This document shows positions 33,660 to 47,838 of a stretch of 64,000 bases of DNA, one piece after another. The notes under the pieces are model-generated. The model was not told the DNA's origin. It saw only the letters and a list, made by a program, of their open reading frames with translations, and did not search any database. Position 1 is the first letter of the stretch; each line of letters begins with the position of its first letter. This DNA comes from Botryllus schlosseri (lineage: Eukaryota), in NCBI GenBank assembly GCA_051294905.1, contig CM119378.1, forward strand, positions 4,280,001 through 4,344,000, given 5' to 3'. A program made the position numbers and the translations under genes.

Positions 33660-35545
33660 GAAGAGCATTGATTCAGGAGAAGGTTTCGGGTATTCTGAGC
33701 ATGCGACACACTATATGAAACAACAATGAAATATGCGACTTTGAAACTAACTCTAACCTAATTTACAGCCTCACGTGGACCAGAGGTGGTCAGTAACGAA
33801 GTACGTTTTCGAAGTAGCCTGCACAAGTAGATTTTACCTATACTTGCTACATAATTTCTCTTCTACGTCAAACTTTTTGTTTTTTCATGCAAAACTATGA
33901 CACCCTAGAATACTTAAAATTTTACTTTTGCTTGTATTTGAGAAAGCATTAACGACGTTACTCCTACTTCTACTTGAGTACCGACAACGAATACTTTGAA
34001 AACCCCTGCCAAGGGCTGTGGAATCGTTCAGCCATATCACAGCTAGGAATCTTCTTCATTCACTTCTTTGTACCGACAATATGCGAAAAGTATAGAGCTT
34101 AACTGTTGATTGTGAAGGTGACATACGTACTTTTCCGCAAACTATCCCACGATATACCATCCAATGTATCGAACTTGGAAAGTCGTAAATATGATGTATG
34201 TCAAAGAGGTAGAAATTTGTCATCCGCTCATATGGAATTCAGATCAATTGATATTCAAGTAACCTTTCATATAAATAAACTGTCTTTTACCATACTCCGT
34301 GCTCGATAGAGTATTGATAAGGTGCGTCGCCAGGGCAGTGATTCGTAGCAGCGAGAGCTCCGAGGCTGCTTCAGAGACAAAGTATACATATGATCGTATC
34401 GTACAAGACGGATAAATAAATAAGTAAACAACCAACTAACTCGGGACCGCCACGAGTCGTGACGTAAGTCGAACATGGATACAACGTGACTTTTAGAAAA
34501 ATCCCGCAAATAGACTATTATCTATCAGAGCGACTCTCCGGTTACTATATATTGTATTACTTGTCAGTACCTCGTAAAGCCAAACAGTGATGATCAAAAC
34601 AACGCAATGGTAAGGTCATCAGGTTTGGAATGACCTTCAATTCTCTTCAGAGTTTACATTATAATTAGCGTGGTGTGATAGCGTGATCTACCTGATTCGT
34701 GAAAAGGGGCGTCTCTTTGCAACGAAGAAATCGGTGAAGCTAAATGTGAATCAATAAGATTGATTTTACGTATAGAACCATGCAAGCTTGCGTTTTCAAA
34801 GCTGCTATTCAACGGCGTTATATTTGATAAGCAGATAACCAATTCATTATAGATAACCAGTAACCAAATAGGATCTATATTGGGTCATTTCTATTCATGC
34901 GTATGTCCATTTTTTCTCCCCCCTCTCTCTCTTTCTCTCTACGCTTTCTAAAAGCATTGTGGCGGAGTTAGGGCGGATAGCGAATAGTGATAGAGATTGG
35001 TTGCATCAAAATACACGCGACTGTTTCTCAATATCATTCGATGACCTGATAAACGTGATTGTGTGCTCTTATTATTTCGTTTGTTTTGACCAATGTATAC
35101 AGTCATACACTATACAGTGTATTCCATAGCATATCGGCCTACATACATCGCGTAATTTTAGGAAATCGAAAACACTCGCCATTTTACCGTAATTCGAGAT
35201 AGTAATCGAATAGGTTGACTATTCTGAGAACGCGGTGAAACATATGCTATCCATATGCGATTACACGTCATATACGAACCAATATCTAACGCAATAATGA
35301 CCAGGTGTCGTGATGTCACACAAAGCAATACAATCGAGCCCTAGTAACACCCCATTCCTCGTTCACTAGCCTTATTACATTGGCCATCTTGACGGTTGTC
35401 GAACAGTGCTTTGCGTCGTGCTAAACCACACTTACTTGAATGCTTTCCAAGTCTCGCGTTTTATAATTCTAATTGAAGTAATTTGGGTCTACTGCGGTAA
35501 TCGTTTCTATTACGTATTGAGTGCTTGAGAGATGTTAATATAGAT

Positions 35546-35955
35546 CAATAGTTCCCAACCTTTTCGACTCATCGCCCCCACATCAATCTCTACACACATT
35601 TTGGCCCCCCCCCCCTTATTTACGGATCCGAAAAGAGGACATATAATCGGGAAATTTATACACCTAACTCTGATCGCTGGTGAATTTTCTAACAAAAGCC
35701 TATTTTTCAGAGGTGGTAGGTTCTTGGAAAACCGGGTTCCGCGTCTGCTTTCCGTTGAGTTGCCCTTTTTTGCGCGTCATTTGCAGAATATGTCGTCTTC
35801 ACGTGCATTTTTCTACAGTGTTAATTAAATATCTCTCACCTGACGTTCTCTCATTTTCGCCACCGGTCGCCCCTTTGGTATTTTCGCCCCCTCCTTTCTC
35901 AAAATCGCCCACTGTGCGGGGGGGGGGGGATATCAACAACGTTGGGGAACCACTG
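35546..35955. mobile_element. Charlie/Buster-like MITE (inverted copy at about 4811-5182)
   Basis: Ends CAATAGTTCCCAAC/GTTGGGGAACCACTG, 6/8 TSD ATATAGAT/GTATAAAT; internal homology to 4811-5182. Confidence 0.85.
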
Positions 35956-36177
35956 GTATAAATAATTGGTGTTCTTCAGGAAAATCGTGCATGGTTTGGA
36001 TTCATGGGTGATTATAAACTTATGGCATCTATAGCTTTCGCTTTCGCAGTGTATACAATTTTTCTGTGTAAAGTCCGACCGATATCGGATTTTTGAGCCG
36101 ATACCGATAAATAGCACCTCACCAATAATCCTGATATATTAAGCCGCTGTTCAAAAGATGGTTCTATAAATCTAAAC

Positions 36178-37028
36178 CAATACCGAGAAAACCATTACCG
36201 AGAATGGGCATTACCGAGAATTGACATTACCGAGAATGGTCATTACCTAGGGTTACCATAATACGTCCTCTTTTAAGAGGATTTGTCCAATTTTTGGCGT
36301 TTTTGAAAGTGTCCTCGGAGGACGCCCAAATGTACTCTTTTTCGCGATTTTGTCCTCTTTTGTGGAAATTTTGGTTAAATATATGGCAAAATGGACTTAC
36401 ATATAGCAATTAAGCACGGAAGTAACGCTCCGGCCTGTATTTCGGGAGCAGGGTCGGAAAGTTGACCTTTTTTTTAGTCAACCACCTGATAATGTGATGG
36501 AAAAAACTATTTTGGGAGCTGAGCGGGAAAGTTGACCTTTTTTTTCAGTCAACCAACCACGAAGTGGGAAAAATTTACCATTTATTCAGGATTTTCCTCT
36601 GGTTTTGCAAGTTTGAAAATTTTGAAAAAGTGTCCTTATTTCAGATTTCCTAAATATGGTAACCCTATCATTACCGAGAATGGACAGTTGGACACCATCG
36701 AGAATGGACATTACCGAGAATGGCCAATGCCGACAATTCAACTTACTGAGACGGACGTTGTCGAGATTATATTCCTGAGAATCGACACCAAATGTGGAAA
36801 CGCCGTGATGCACATGTACACGACCCGTACAATGTATAACATGCCTGTATTGCATATATTGCATTCTCGGTAATGTCCATTCTCGGTGGTGTCCATTCTC
36901 GGTGGTGCCCATTCTCGGTAGCGTCCATTCTCTGCGGTGTCCATTCTCGGTAATGTCCATTCTCGGTGGTGTCCATTCTCGGTAATGGCATTCTCGGTAT
37001 TTTTTTTTCTCGGTATTGACCGGACACC
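36178..37028. repeat. Foldback-like element: inverted arms made of a 16-bp minisatellite
   Basis: Left arm CATTACCGAGAATGGA units; right arm about 9 units of CATTCTCGGTAATGTC (36862-37000). Confidence 0.85.
36248..36667. mobile_element. hAT (Blackjack-like ends) MITE
   Basis: TIR TAGGGTTACCATA/TATGGTAACCCTA, exact TSD TCATTACC. Confidence 0.92.
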
Positions 37029-38602
37029 TCAAAAGATATGGTATCTAGCTTATGACTCATTTCCAAAACATCAGGGCATTTTTGAACATACAGACACTGC
37101 TATGCTTGTACAGTACATACATGTACATAAAATAAACTAGAAACGCTGCATCTGGACACATGTAAGATTTTAGAAACAGTTATATCAATATCCCCGCAGT
37201 CTAGCGGTCGCAAGATTATTTTTCTGTGGCTCTCGACAACCATGCTATGACGTCACGAAAATTGCAGATAATGACCGATACCGATATTCCTTTCAAATTG
37301 TGATATCGGGTCGATATTATGTAGGCGAACCGATCGGCCGCGCTCTAGTTCTATGCAAATTACTAAACGTCGATGTTGTTGTTATATGCTCCTTTTTTTT
37401 AATACATTGCGACACACGTATCAACTTCCGTGCTAGATTCGATTAGATAATTGATAACTTCACGAAAAGTTTTTCTGTTTAAATACGCGGTGAATGAGAA
37501 ACGAGCTTTTGCATTATCCTGCGAGCTTCGAATTTCTGTGGCGTGAAAAACGCTGCATCACGGTTTCCTGGCACATTTGGGAACCCCTCCGATAAATCCT
37601 TTTCGTTATCACGTGGTATGACCATTTTACCAATGAAGTATCCGGTTTTGAATTACTATTGTTTATGCTTGCCCGTGAGCAGTAATTTTCCGATCGTGAG
37701 TGGGGTTGTGGTTGCTTGTGATGTTAAGCAAGCAAGCTGTAATGCGCGCGAAAAGTTACTGGCAATTATTGAAAAGTAACGTACGGCACCTGATTCACTC
37801 GTCAATGACTTCCATGTCACGATCGTGGTTACATCACGATGGCAGTTTGTCGTTGCTTCTCATTCTCGGGTATTATCAGGGTTCTTCACGGAGGCTACGA
37901 GAATACAATCATAGATAGGCGAACGCTCCTGTTGTGGTATTAGTTCCAAGTGTGACATTCCTCAAGGAAATATGCCCTCAGGGTTAGCGCGAGGCAGCAA
38001 GCTCTGCGTTACAGTTTCCGGATGGGATTTTTCGTTTGACTTTCGTACTTCGTAGGCTACCTCAGGGTATTGAAGATTACAGAAACGAAAATTGAAACCG
38101 TAGAATTTTCAATTTTCCACGATAACATTCTCAGGTTGACGTAATGCAGGGTTTGGAATTCGCCGGTTAAGTTCCGAAGAGATATAGGTAATGAAATCAA
38201 CGGTATAGCGTTGTTACGTAATACTTCCGAATGGGGTACTACTATCCCTTCGCAACTACTCAACCGAAACGCCAACCCATTTCATTTCTCTTTCATACTG
38301 TATACTGCTTAATAAAATAGCTGGGAAATGTAATATCCAGCATAAAGTATTTATAGCTATCACGGAAATGGTTCAGGATTTTCGGGGATGAAACATCATC
38401 GCGAGACATATCTATACCCGGTGCAGTCTCAATATACAGACGTTGCAGATTCTAGTCCCACCTTTGACCAATTATCCACATCCAATGTCGTATACTCTTA
38501 TGACATACTTTCAGTTACTATGCATAAAACAAGAAAAATACTGTAGACGCGTAAAATTGATCACATCATTTGTTCTTCGCTTCTTATATTGCTATCTATA
38601 TA

Positions 38603-38990
38603 TAGGGTTGCATTTAAAACAAACGATGTTTTAAAACACTTTGTTTAAAACATGTTTTAAAGAGTGTTTTTGAAGTTGTAAAATTATGCCATAATTGTGT
38701 AAATACCTTCCAAAACATGTTGCATGAGCCTACTGACAATTACCACCCGATATAGCCGACGTTTATCGATATGGAATGGTTGGAATCCTCAAAATAGTCG
38801 GTTCAACATTATTAGTACAGATATTTCGTCAAAGGAGCTATATTTACCCTATATTTTCAATTGTCAATATCAATCCGATATGACGTCACTATTGAACGTC
38901 ATGGCTTTACAATAAAAAACATGTTTTAAATTAGGGCCTTGTTTTAAACATGCTTGTTTTATATTGATTTTTGTTTTAAATGCAACCCTA
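38603..38990. mobile_element. hAT MITE family with TAGGGTTGCATTTAAAAC ends (copies at 39719-40241 and 51230-51765)
   Basis: TIRs plus 7/8 TSDs: TCTATATA/TCTTTATA here and ATAATAAT/ACAATAAT at 51.2 kb. Confidence 0.9.
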
Positions 38991-41900
38991 TCTTTATACA
39001 ACTATACAATAACTTCGAAGTTTTTGAGCATTCGTACTAATCCTACCCCCTTTTTTCAGGGATATTTCTGGCGAAAATGTGCAATAAATCAGATTTCATC
39101 CGATACCTCGCAACGCATGTACGTCATCGCGTAAACTCGTGACGGAATCTCAAGTTGGTACATTCCGGCGGACTGAGTTAGATGACTTTCACTTTTTTAA
39201 TGGTCTGTTTGTTTGTCTGTCTGTATGCGTACTGCGGTTCAACTAGGGTCACGGAAGCACATTTCTCCTCATCGAGTCACGCGTATTGCGCTAACAGGCG
39301 CCATGAAAGTCGAGGGGATTACGAAGTGTCGCGGTAATTCCGCCCGCATCATTAATTTTGGAATCTGAGTGTCCCTTGTGCCTATGCTCGCGCCTGCTCA
39401 ACGTCAACGCTCAAACATAGAACATGATATAGGTGGTAATCTATCCAGAGGACCATTGTATCATATTATGTGATGCTGCCGGCTATGAATTGATTCCACC
39501 AAAGTTTCCCAGATTATAGATTATGTAAAGTTGAAATAGATCTGTGTACTCTGAATATGTATTCCATGTACAATATCCACACTAGAAGTTATATACACAA
39601 CACGTTTGTTGTTTGGGTATTCATGATGTTATACGATATTCCTTTTACTGATTCCTGATCTGCTGACTGCGAGGCCTTTGTATTATAACCGCTTATTCAT
39701 ATAACATGGTGATAACTATAGGGTCGCAAATGGTGTTTTAAAACGCTTTGTTGAGTGTTTTAAAAAAAGGCCATTTAAAAAATAATGTTTTTCTTTTCAA
39801 AAGGTACATAATTACGCCATAATTGTGGAAAGACTGTCGTAATAACATGTAGTATGACTGAGCCTGCGGACGATTCGCAACCGATATGGTCGGCGTATTG
39901 TCATAGACGGTATGGAATGGTTGGAGCCCTTACAGTCGTCGTCAGTTCAACAGTTATAGCGCGTAGATATAGATCATTGGTACGCAATGGAGGTTTTGAT
40001 GATGATGACCGCCGACCGTAGAAATGCTGCATAACGATGTAGTATATACTGGTCAAAGATGTATTTTTTGGTCCGTTTAAGACGTGTGTCAACACTCAAC
40101 AGCCTTTTTCGCCAAGGAGACAAATTTACCCTATATTTTAAAGTGTTAGTGTCAATCCACTGTGGCGTCACAACTAATGATTCGTGACGTCATGACTAAA
40201 AAAACACAATGAAAAACATGTTTGTTTTAAATGCAACCCTATACACGATGATTCCTGATATGTTGACTTGAGGCATGGCCTGCTTGACTATTGTATGACA
40301 ACCGGTTACTCGTCATGGTGATAACAAGGGGACCAGGTCGTCAGTGAAGAAGTACTTTTACTATCTTGGAGTACTCAGGTAGGTTTTACTTGCTTGTACT
40401 ACTTATCGAAGTGTCTTTTAGACTACTTGCACTTCTACTTGAATTTTGTTAGGAAAAACTACTTTCCTTTTAACTTGGGATTTCGAAAAGTAGAAAGTAG
40501 TTTGGAACAGGATTTTACCACTTTTATGAGTGAAACTGTCATAATATACACATGAAATACCCCCTGTATTACGGTGACTCAATATACAGTCCGATATATC
40601 CCCTGTATTTGCATTGTCTATAGTCATTTGATTTAATCACGAAGACATACACTACAATTACGAAAGTAATCACCACAGATTAACCGCTAAAAGTATGTGA
40701 CTCCTTGACTAATCTATATTTTTTGAGTAAGATCGTAAATCCAACGATGTCTAATCGATTTTTCGCATACTATGTTCTCCATGTTCGGTAGCTCATCTAT
40801 ACGTGAAAGTTCTTTCTCAGATATGAATTGCTAGCGTCTAGTTAACTACGTCTGTCGACCGTCGAAATTTAGTCATCTACTGTTCCAATAACGCCAGTAA
40901 TAACCAATTGATTCTTCTGAGATGTATTTTCATCTTACTGAAATACACATATGCAGATGTTGGTCAAAAATAATGCGGGGCCCCGAATAATGCTTCTGTG
41001 ATATTGGTTTCTGATGACACGATTTTTAAGACAGACCAGTACATTCTTAATTTCCTAAGTGAACTTTGTCGAAATTCTGTATATTTATAAAGACAAAACA
41101 ACATAAATAATATTTGGCGGCACCATGCTACCAGACATCACACTCACACACTACCACCTCATTTTACACGATACAAGCCCGCTTTCAAGATGTTTTCCCA
41201 CAATAAACGCCGATTCCATCATATAGGACTTACTATACTTTGATGCTAATGTCTACTACCTTTTTGCATATAAGACTGAAAACCCATAGTTGGCTTCTGT
41301 TTCGCAACAAAAGATTTTGAGATATTAGTTTCATATCGTGGAATCCCGACATAACTCAGTTTGCACGCTCGCGGGAAATTTTCGATGACCTCCAGCGGTG
41401 TTTACTTCTGCTCGAAACGTTGTATGGTCAGTATGAAGAAATATTACGCCATTCGTCAGCGTTCGCGTGGCCAGCAATTAAAATGCAAATGTTTACTACA
41501 TACTGTATTGTGAAAGATGTGGATATTTGTACTTCTAAGGTTTTGACTACTGTGGGAGATTCCACACCAAACTGTATAATGTTCGTAGTGCAAACCCTGT
41601 GTTCTAAGAATCTAAATCACCCAGTTCATCAGTACAAATGATGTAGTAAATATTCTCGTTTCATTGTTGCTTGCTGGTATGCGCAGATCGCGTGTATGTG
41701 TATCATGAGTCGGTGTATATGTCGCAAAAACATCAAGGACAAAAATAAACTACGTCCTTTCCTTTCCTTCCTTCATTGTAGGGTATATCGTTACCAAATT
41801 TCTATACAGCAGTTTCATATTTATCACTGCTCCAATTTGTAACGTCTATTAGGTAAGCTTTGCTGTCACGATATACATTTATGAAAACCCAGGCTGATAT

Positions 41901-43811
41901 ACCCCAACTCTTTTTGTAACCAAATATGTTTACCAATATCTTACAAATTAAAATTATGATCAGATAAATAATCTTGTCTTACACATGAAATGAGATGTAT
42001 TCATATATTACACAATCGGATCCCACGTACGCAGGAGTCTGCATTGTACAAGAGGAAAGAAAGCTTGTAGATACAAATGGTAAAAGCAACAATGCAAGGT
42101 GCGGATCGATTTTTACGCTCGTTTCCGATTGACTGTTGTTGTAAGATCTCCTAGTGTTACAATGGCATACTACTATATCCTGTATGGACCGGAGCGTGCA
42201 CGCAGGCCGCCCCGTGCCTTGCCCCATATTTTTCCACAACTCACTACAGGTTTCCGCCTGCACTGTTATATCGTAGAATCCCGAATTTAGAAACTCCCTA
42301 GCCGATGAAAATAGAAAATCGCTTTGATTAGCTCACTCTGCCATAAAACTATGTTTTCGCAGGTTTTACGATACACAGTTCCGCGTATACTTCTACAGTT
42401 GCAATGTTTTTTGATGTAGCGATAAACATTTCAGGTAGCACATTGGCGGCTGCGAGACAATCAAGCTATAACACAACGTATAAATATTCCTCGCGCTGTG
42501 TTGGCGTGTAGATTATGTGTACGCATAAATGTGTATGTGTTATTGGTGGTCCGTGTTGACGAATTGGGTTTGTAACCCGATAGAACACAACCTTTGACCA
42601 AATTCAGACGTTTCGGTGACCAATACCTACGTATAGCTCAATTGCATAACTACATTTGTTCCATTATGCTGTAGTGATGTCGGAGTTATGAACGTTTATG
42701 GCAGCATTTGCTGTTTACTTATAGTCGATACAGCAAATAAAACACATACGTGTACTGTTGGAGTGAACACTTGCTATATATGGGCAATGGGCATATCATA
42801 CTCAGGGAAAAGTTAACTCGTCAGTGTATCGTAAAGTGAAACTTATAGTATATTCATGAAATAATTTGATTTATCGGCCTCGTGAACTTTGCCTATAGAA
42901 CTTACAATTAACGTCCGTCTTTCGCGGAAAGATACGTGATGGCTGTCAACTCCCTAAACATTAGCATATATTGCTGGCAAAACATATTTCCTACAACGCC
43001 GTCCCTCGCGCTTCAGTCCAGAAAATAAACATGTTTTCGCCTCCTTTGTTCGCGGCAAGTCGCGGTACAAACAGAATCTTGGCGCCTTTTACTAATTTTC
43101 ACGAAATTTCAACAAACAACCGTTTTAGGTCGTGCGAGTTCCACTTGTATTTCAGTATTTGTTACTAATATAGTATTTCAACTAGCGATATATCGTAATG
43201 CCGCGTTATAAACACCCATAATATAGTGTAAATCAGTCACAAATTGTGGCTATTTTTGTTCGAAACGCTAAATTTAGGAACTTTATTCTACCGGATTTTC
43301 GGTCCGATGACTTTACCCTTTTGATAAAACTATTTATAATCATCATTTACCAGTTATCCGCAAACTTTCTTTCATTTTAATTCGTTTTTTCAACTGCGCG
43401 GATAATCTGTTGATATGTGTGATATGTTGCGTCCACCAATCCAAGTTTCAAATTTCATATAATGATTACTGTACCATGAGACATTGTGATGCTGATTATA
43501 CTCGACTGCCATAGTACTGGATAATTAATTTGATATTGGCGTGGTATTTTAATCCAGTAACTTACATGGACGGATATTTCATTGATTTGTTTCGACGGGC
43601 AAGGTCTTCGGTCGGGTATATTAAAAAAAAATTGAGATTTACCAACACTCCCCTCGTTAGCAAATAATATCTTTCAACTTGAAATTGTCGAGAAATGTCC
43701 CTCCGGAACCTTATTATCGATTGCCGATGTCATAAAACAACAGAGGATATTCCCTTCAAATTCACTTCGTGACTGAGCAGGAATCGCCTTTAATTTTCAT
43801 TTACTGATAAC

Positions 43812-44832
43812 TAGGGATGGTGTGAACGTGAGGTTCACGTTCGCGTTCTGTGTGTGAACCTCGGAAATTTAGAGGTTCGCGTTCACAACAGAACCTTGGT
43901 AGGTTCTGCACTGTGAACCTGTTTCATATATTACAATTTTCACTCCATTATAACATCTTTGGTTCAAATTTATTGCATTTCAACTGCGGCCTGCGGGCCA
44001 CTCTATGGACGGCGCTGACAGCATAAAAAATGAACAATAAACGAGCATGCACCTTGGCAATCTCAAAAATTTTACTTGCTTTGTTACAAATGTTTGCTCG
44101 AAATATCTAGCTTTCCGTTTGTGATTACAAACGGAAAGCTAGATATGACTCTTTGCTGTGAGCTTGACCCGCAATCCCACAACATCACGAGCGAAATACA
44201 CTACATGTAGTCAGCGAATGATACTTATTCAACTAATCAATGAGATTGATATCGTTTTCTGACGTAAAAAATCAAGCAGGCGTACGGGGTCAATTTTGAC
44301 TTCATATGTTAATGTATCATTAAAACCAAATCCGTGCGTTTGAGGTGTTGGCTACTGCCGTATAACTTGTTAATGGGGTAATATCGGGGACAAGTATAGA
44401 AACCTGTTTTACACTCTGCTCAATATAAATGTAACAATACTCAGATGCCCACTACATTACACGGTCTGGCCTAGACCGTTAAGGCGTAAGCTTATATTCC
44501 CTGGCAAGTCCTCGTCGAAAATGTCGGCAAAGCGACGGAAGATATTGATTTTATGGAATTATTATATCATTTGATTACCTCAGTTTTTTTGCCGACATTT
44601 AAAACTCCAATATGTACTTCAGCATTGTGGCATTATGTGGCCCGAGTCGTCGCTAGGTATCGTGTACAATTGAACATTAATATAGGCTAATACTTCATTG
44701 AAAGAGAGGGTTGGGATTAGCAATATGACGTCACGTGACGCAATGAGGTTCACGTTCGCGTTCACACAGAACCTTTCAAAAAGGCTCGCGTTCACACGAA
44801 CCTGAACCTTTCAGAGGTTCACACCATCCCTA
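43812..44832. mobile_element. hAT-Ac-like non-autonomous element, about 1 kb
   Basis: TIR TAGGGATGGTGTGAAC/GTTCACACCATCCCTA, exact TSD CTGATAAC, GAACC/GGTTC subterminal repeats. Confidence 0.93.
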
Positions 44833-47686
44833 CTGATAACCACCTCTCCCTCATGATACTTTTAATCCTCTATATTCGAAAACTAAATAGAATTAAGCTC
44901 TTCGTTTAGTCGTCTTGAGGATCTGCAGAGCGTTCCAACACTTATATCTTTCCTCACCCACCCAAAAAGCCATCTCTGGGGACCGATCCGCGCTAATATC
45001 ATTAGAAGTCACTTCGGGGAATTCCGATCGCATTTGAAACAATCACCGAACTGGCATATGGAGCTACGCAGGATGTTGATGATAGTATGAATCATCCGTG
45101 TAGGTGGGAACACTTGATTGGATAGAATCCACTCAAAACCTTCTTTATAAAATAATTTGGCAATACAGAATAAATACTTTGTAGATCAAGCAATATTAAA
45201 GAATTCTTGATGTGATTCATAACGATGTGGAAACCTCACCGAAATTGAGTGGGCATAAACATGGCCCGTTAGATAGGATATATTAGACATACATAGAAGG
45301 AAACAATTCACATGATTTAGGAGTCATACATTTCCTATGAATGGTGAGTTTAGAGAGTCATTTTCTGATATATTCGGGTGGCGGGATACTTTTTTTTATT
45401 ATTTAAAAGCACGGCACAGATTTCTTTGGGCAGCAAGAATTGTTAGAGCATCGATTACAATTGATCATCACTCTACTGTGTAAGTATAGGCCTATTACAT
45501 ATAAACTATCCAGATTACAAGATTTCATTAAACATATAAAAGATTTAACCACGATGTACCGTTTTCAACGAAGTTTCACTATCATTTGAAAATGTTTTGT
45601 CTCTCTTATCAAGTTCTGCTATGCTGCGCAGGAAGCATCATGTGATGTATAGTACATATCCCATGAATAAATTCTAAAGTAATATTCAATTATTTTGTCC
45701 ATTGACACGCTATCATTGTGGTGAAGTCTCATTTCCGATTGTCTCGTCCTTTAGATTTAGTTAACCAACTATTACTTGATTACGTCTCTTCTGTCTTCTC
45801 CGCTATATAGTATCGCTGTATCGCTTCTAATTTGTTCGTTGGTACCTTAGTTGTTGGCGCAGTTGTGCTCCGTATTGTAGTGCTTTTTTTCCGTTAATTA
45901 AAGCCTTAGATACGGTAAGGAATAAAGGTCATCACAATCATCTCGTCATATATTAATCTACATCTCACGTTGTGTCAGCGCGGATTTACGAAGTGCTACG
46001 GTAATAACGGAACAAGCTTATATGTAATATGTATAATGATTATACGATATCACATCAAGAAAATAATAACGTATTAGCAAGTTTGATGCTAAAATATCTT
46101 AATTTGCTTGTGAAAAAAGTCGAGCACTGAGTAAGAAATATTTCACAGAATATAATTTGGATTACTGACTAGGACGCTTCATTTCTTCATTGTTTTCTGT
46201 AAAAATGTTACTCCATCGCATATTCTGCTAAGTTCGTTTTTGTGTCCCCGGAATATTAATATGTAGACCATAACTTGAAGTATTTTTGCCATTCTCATGT
46301 AAAAATATGTTATTTTGTCTGTGTAATGTCTCAATGTTTGCGTCCTCAATAATTTGTATTTTCGGGGAGCAGTGTTACGATCACTGTGTCTCTACAAACT
46401 TTACTGACTCGTACTGAATATATGGCAGATTTATGTCATTCGATATAGTATACTACCGCCGTATCGGTAAAAAACTTGTGTACTCTTTCTGTAGAAGTTC
46501 TTGAACCCAGCGAGGTGATCGCTTTTGCCATAACATCACAATTGATGTTCGCGCACGTTTAGAGAATGGGTTAGTTTGAACAATGAACAGGGATGTTTTG
46601 CCGCAATTATTGTAAGTATGACGGTAGTGATTTTCCTCCTGAGATGTTATATCTGTACTTACACACATGCCTTCTAAATATGGCGCCGTCGTGCGTATGC
46701 ACCCCGCTGAAGTAAATATTGCTTTGCACGCTTGGATGCTCTATCGGCGTTGCTTAAATCTCTGCTGACGTCTTAGCGACTCGCGATTGCCGCTGATTTA
46801 TAAATAGATTCACATCACAATTAAACTTGGGCGTTGGATGCGATACCTTATGACGGGCATAGTGCGTTGTACTTCGTCAACGTTCGACATGGCAAGCCTT
46901 AATATTAGCAGAGGGTGTGAAGTGTATATTACCCGGACACGCAGGTTTATCAATAGCGACACAGGCTTAGCAACGTGCTACCCTGATAGACTGTGATCTC
47001 AACATTTCAACGCGCTTCAACTTTAGTGAAGCCAAACAACAGAGCGACCTTTGCAGCGAGTACCCTTCTATTCACTTCACTTATACGTCACAGTCCCTTT
47101 CTCCGTACTTTGTTTTTCACGAGTGTCCTCTGTTTATCAATAATTCAGTCGATAGCGAATGTTCCCGTCCAGTTATATTGCCTATGGTGGGGCAAAATAC
47201 AAAATACTACATAAAAAAGTAAATGGTAGAAGAAAATACGGCGTAACAGATGTGACAGTAAATTGAAGCAGTAACGTGAAAATGTATACAGTAGTTGAAC
47301 AAAAGTAATATAATTATAATAGCAAATCTGTATAATATTTCTGACTGGCAAAATTCGCATTTGTGCTCTGTTGCAAAAGTAATTTTGTTTTTACCAATGG
47401 ATTGTCGCTATTCACTGGATATCTTATGGGGGATGTCACAGGGCGTAATGACCGACTGAAATGTTCCCCGGTAAGTTTCAGCAGCTTCAGGTAATCAGTC
47501 TTTTGATATTCGAATGTGTTGGCGAGTTATATCATAAAGAAAAGCTACAAAATAGTATGATTTCTGAGTAAAATAAGATAGGCGTGGAACATAAACGTCG
47601 TAAAATGAACATGAATATAAGTGCGACACGTAAATGCATACAGATACAGTATTTACAATTTGATTCATATGACGGCACATATCCTT

Positions 47687-47695
47687 AATAAATAA
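47687..47695 (-). promoter_or_regulatory. AU-rich element nonamer in the Fos 3' UTR
   Basis: Minus-strand TTATTTATT about 145 nt after the stop codon. AREs are established features of fos mRNAs. Confidence 0.45.
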
Positions 47696-47838
47696 AACTC
47701 TCAATAATAACTTAAACATGGAAACAGACGCGACTAGAACAAGTATACGAAACAATGGTCCCACTTTTTCACTCGAATCAAAGAAAACACCTTCTATGAA
47801 CAAGCAATGTGTCAGTCTTCATGTCTCCGGCGTGGTCT

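Larger units (their letters stand above)
36069..37347. mobile_element. Decayed hAT-Ac-like element with CCGATA repeats hosting nested insertions
   Basis: Ends TAAAGTCCGACCGAT/ATCGGCCGCGCTCTA, 6/8 TSD TTTCTGTG/GTTCTATG. Confidence 0.65.

Noticed and set aside
36586..37066. Repetitive ORFs (REWTPPRMDITENGH...) and a CRISPR-like look
   Set aside because: These are translations of a 16-bp tandem repeat with no unique spacers and no cas genes, in a eukaryotic context.
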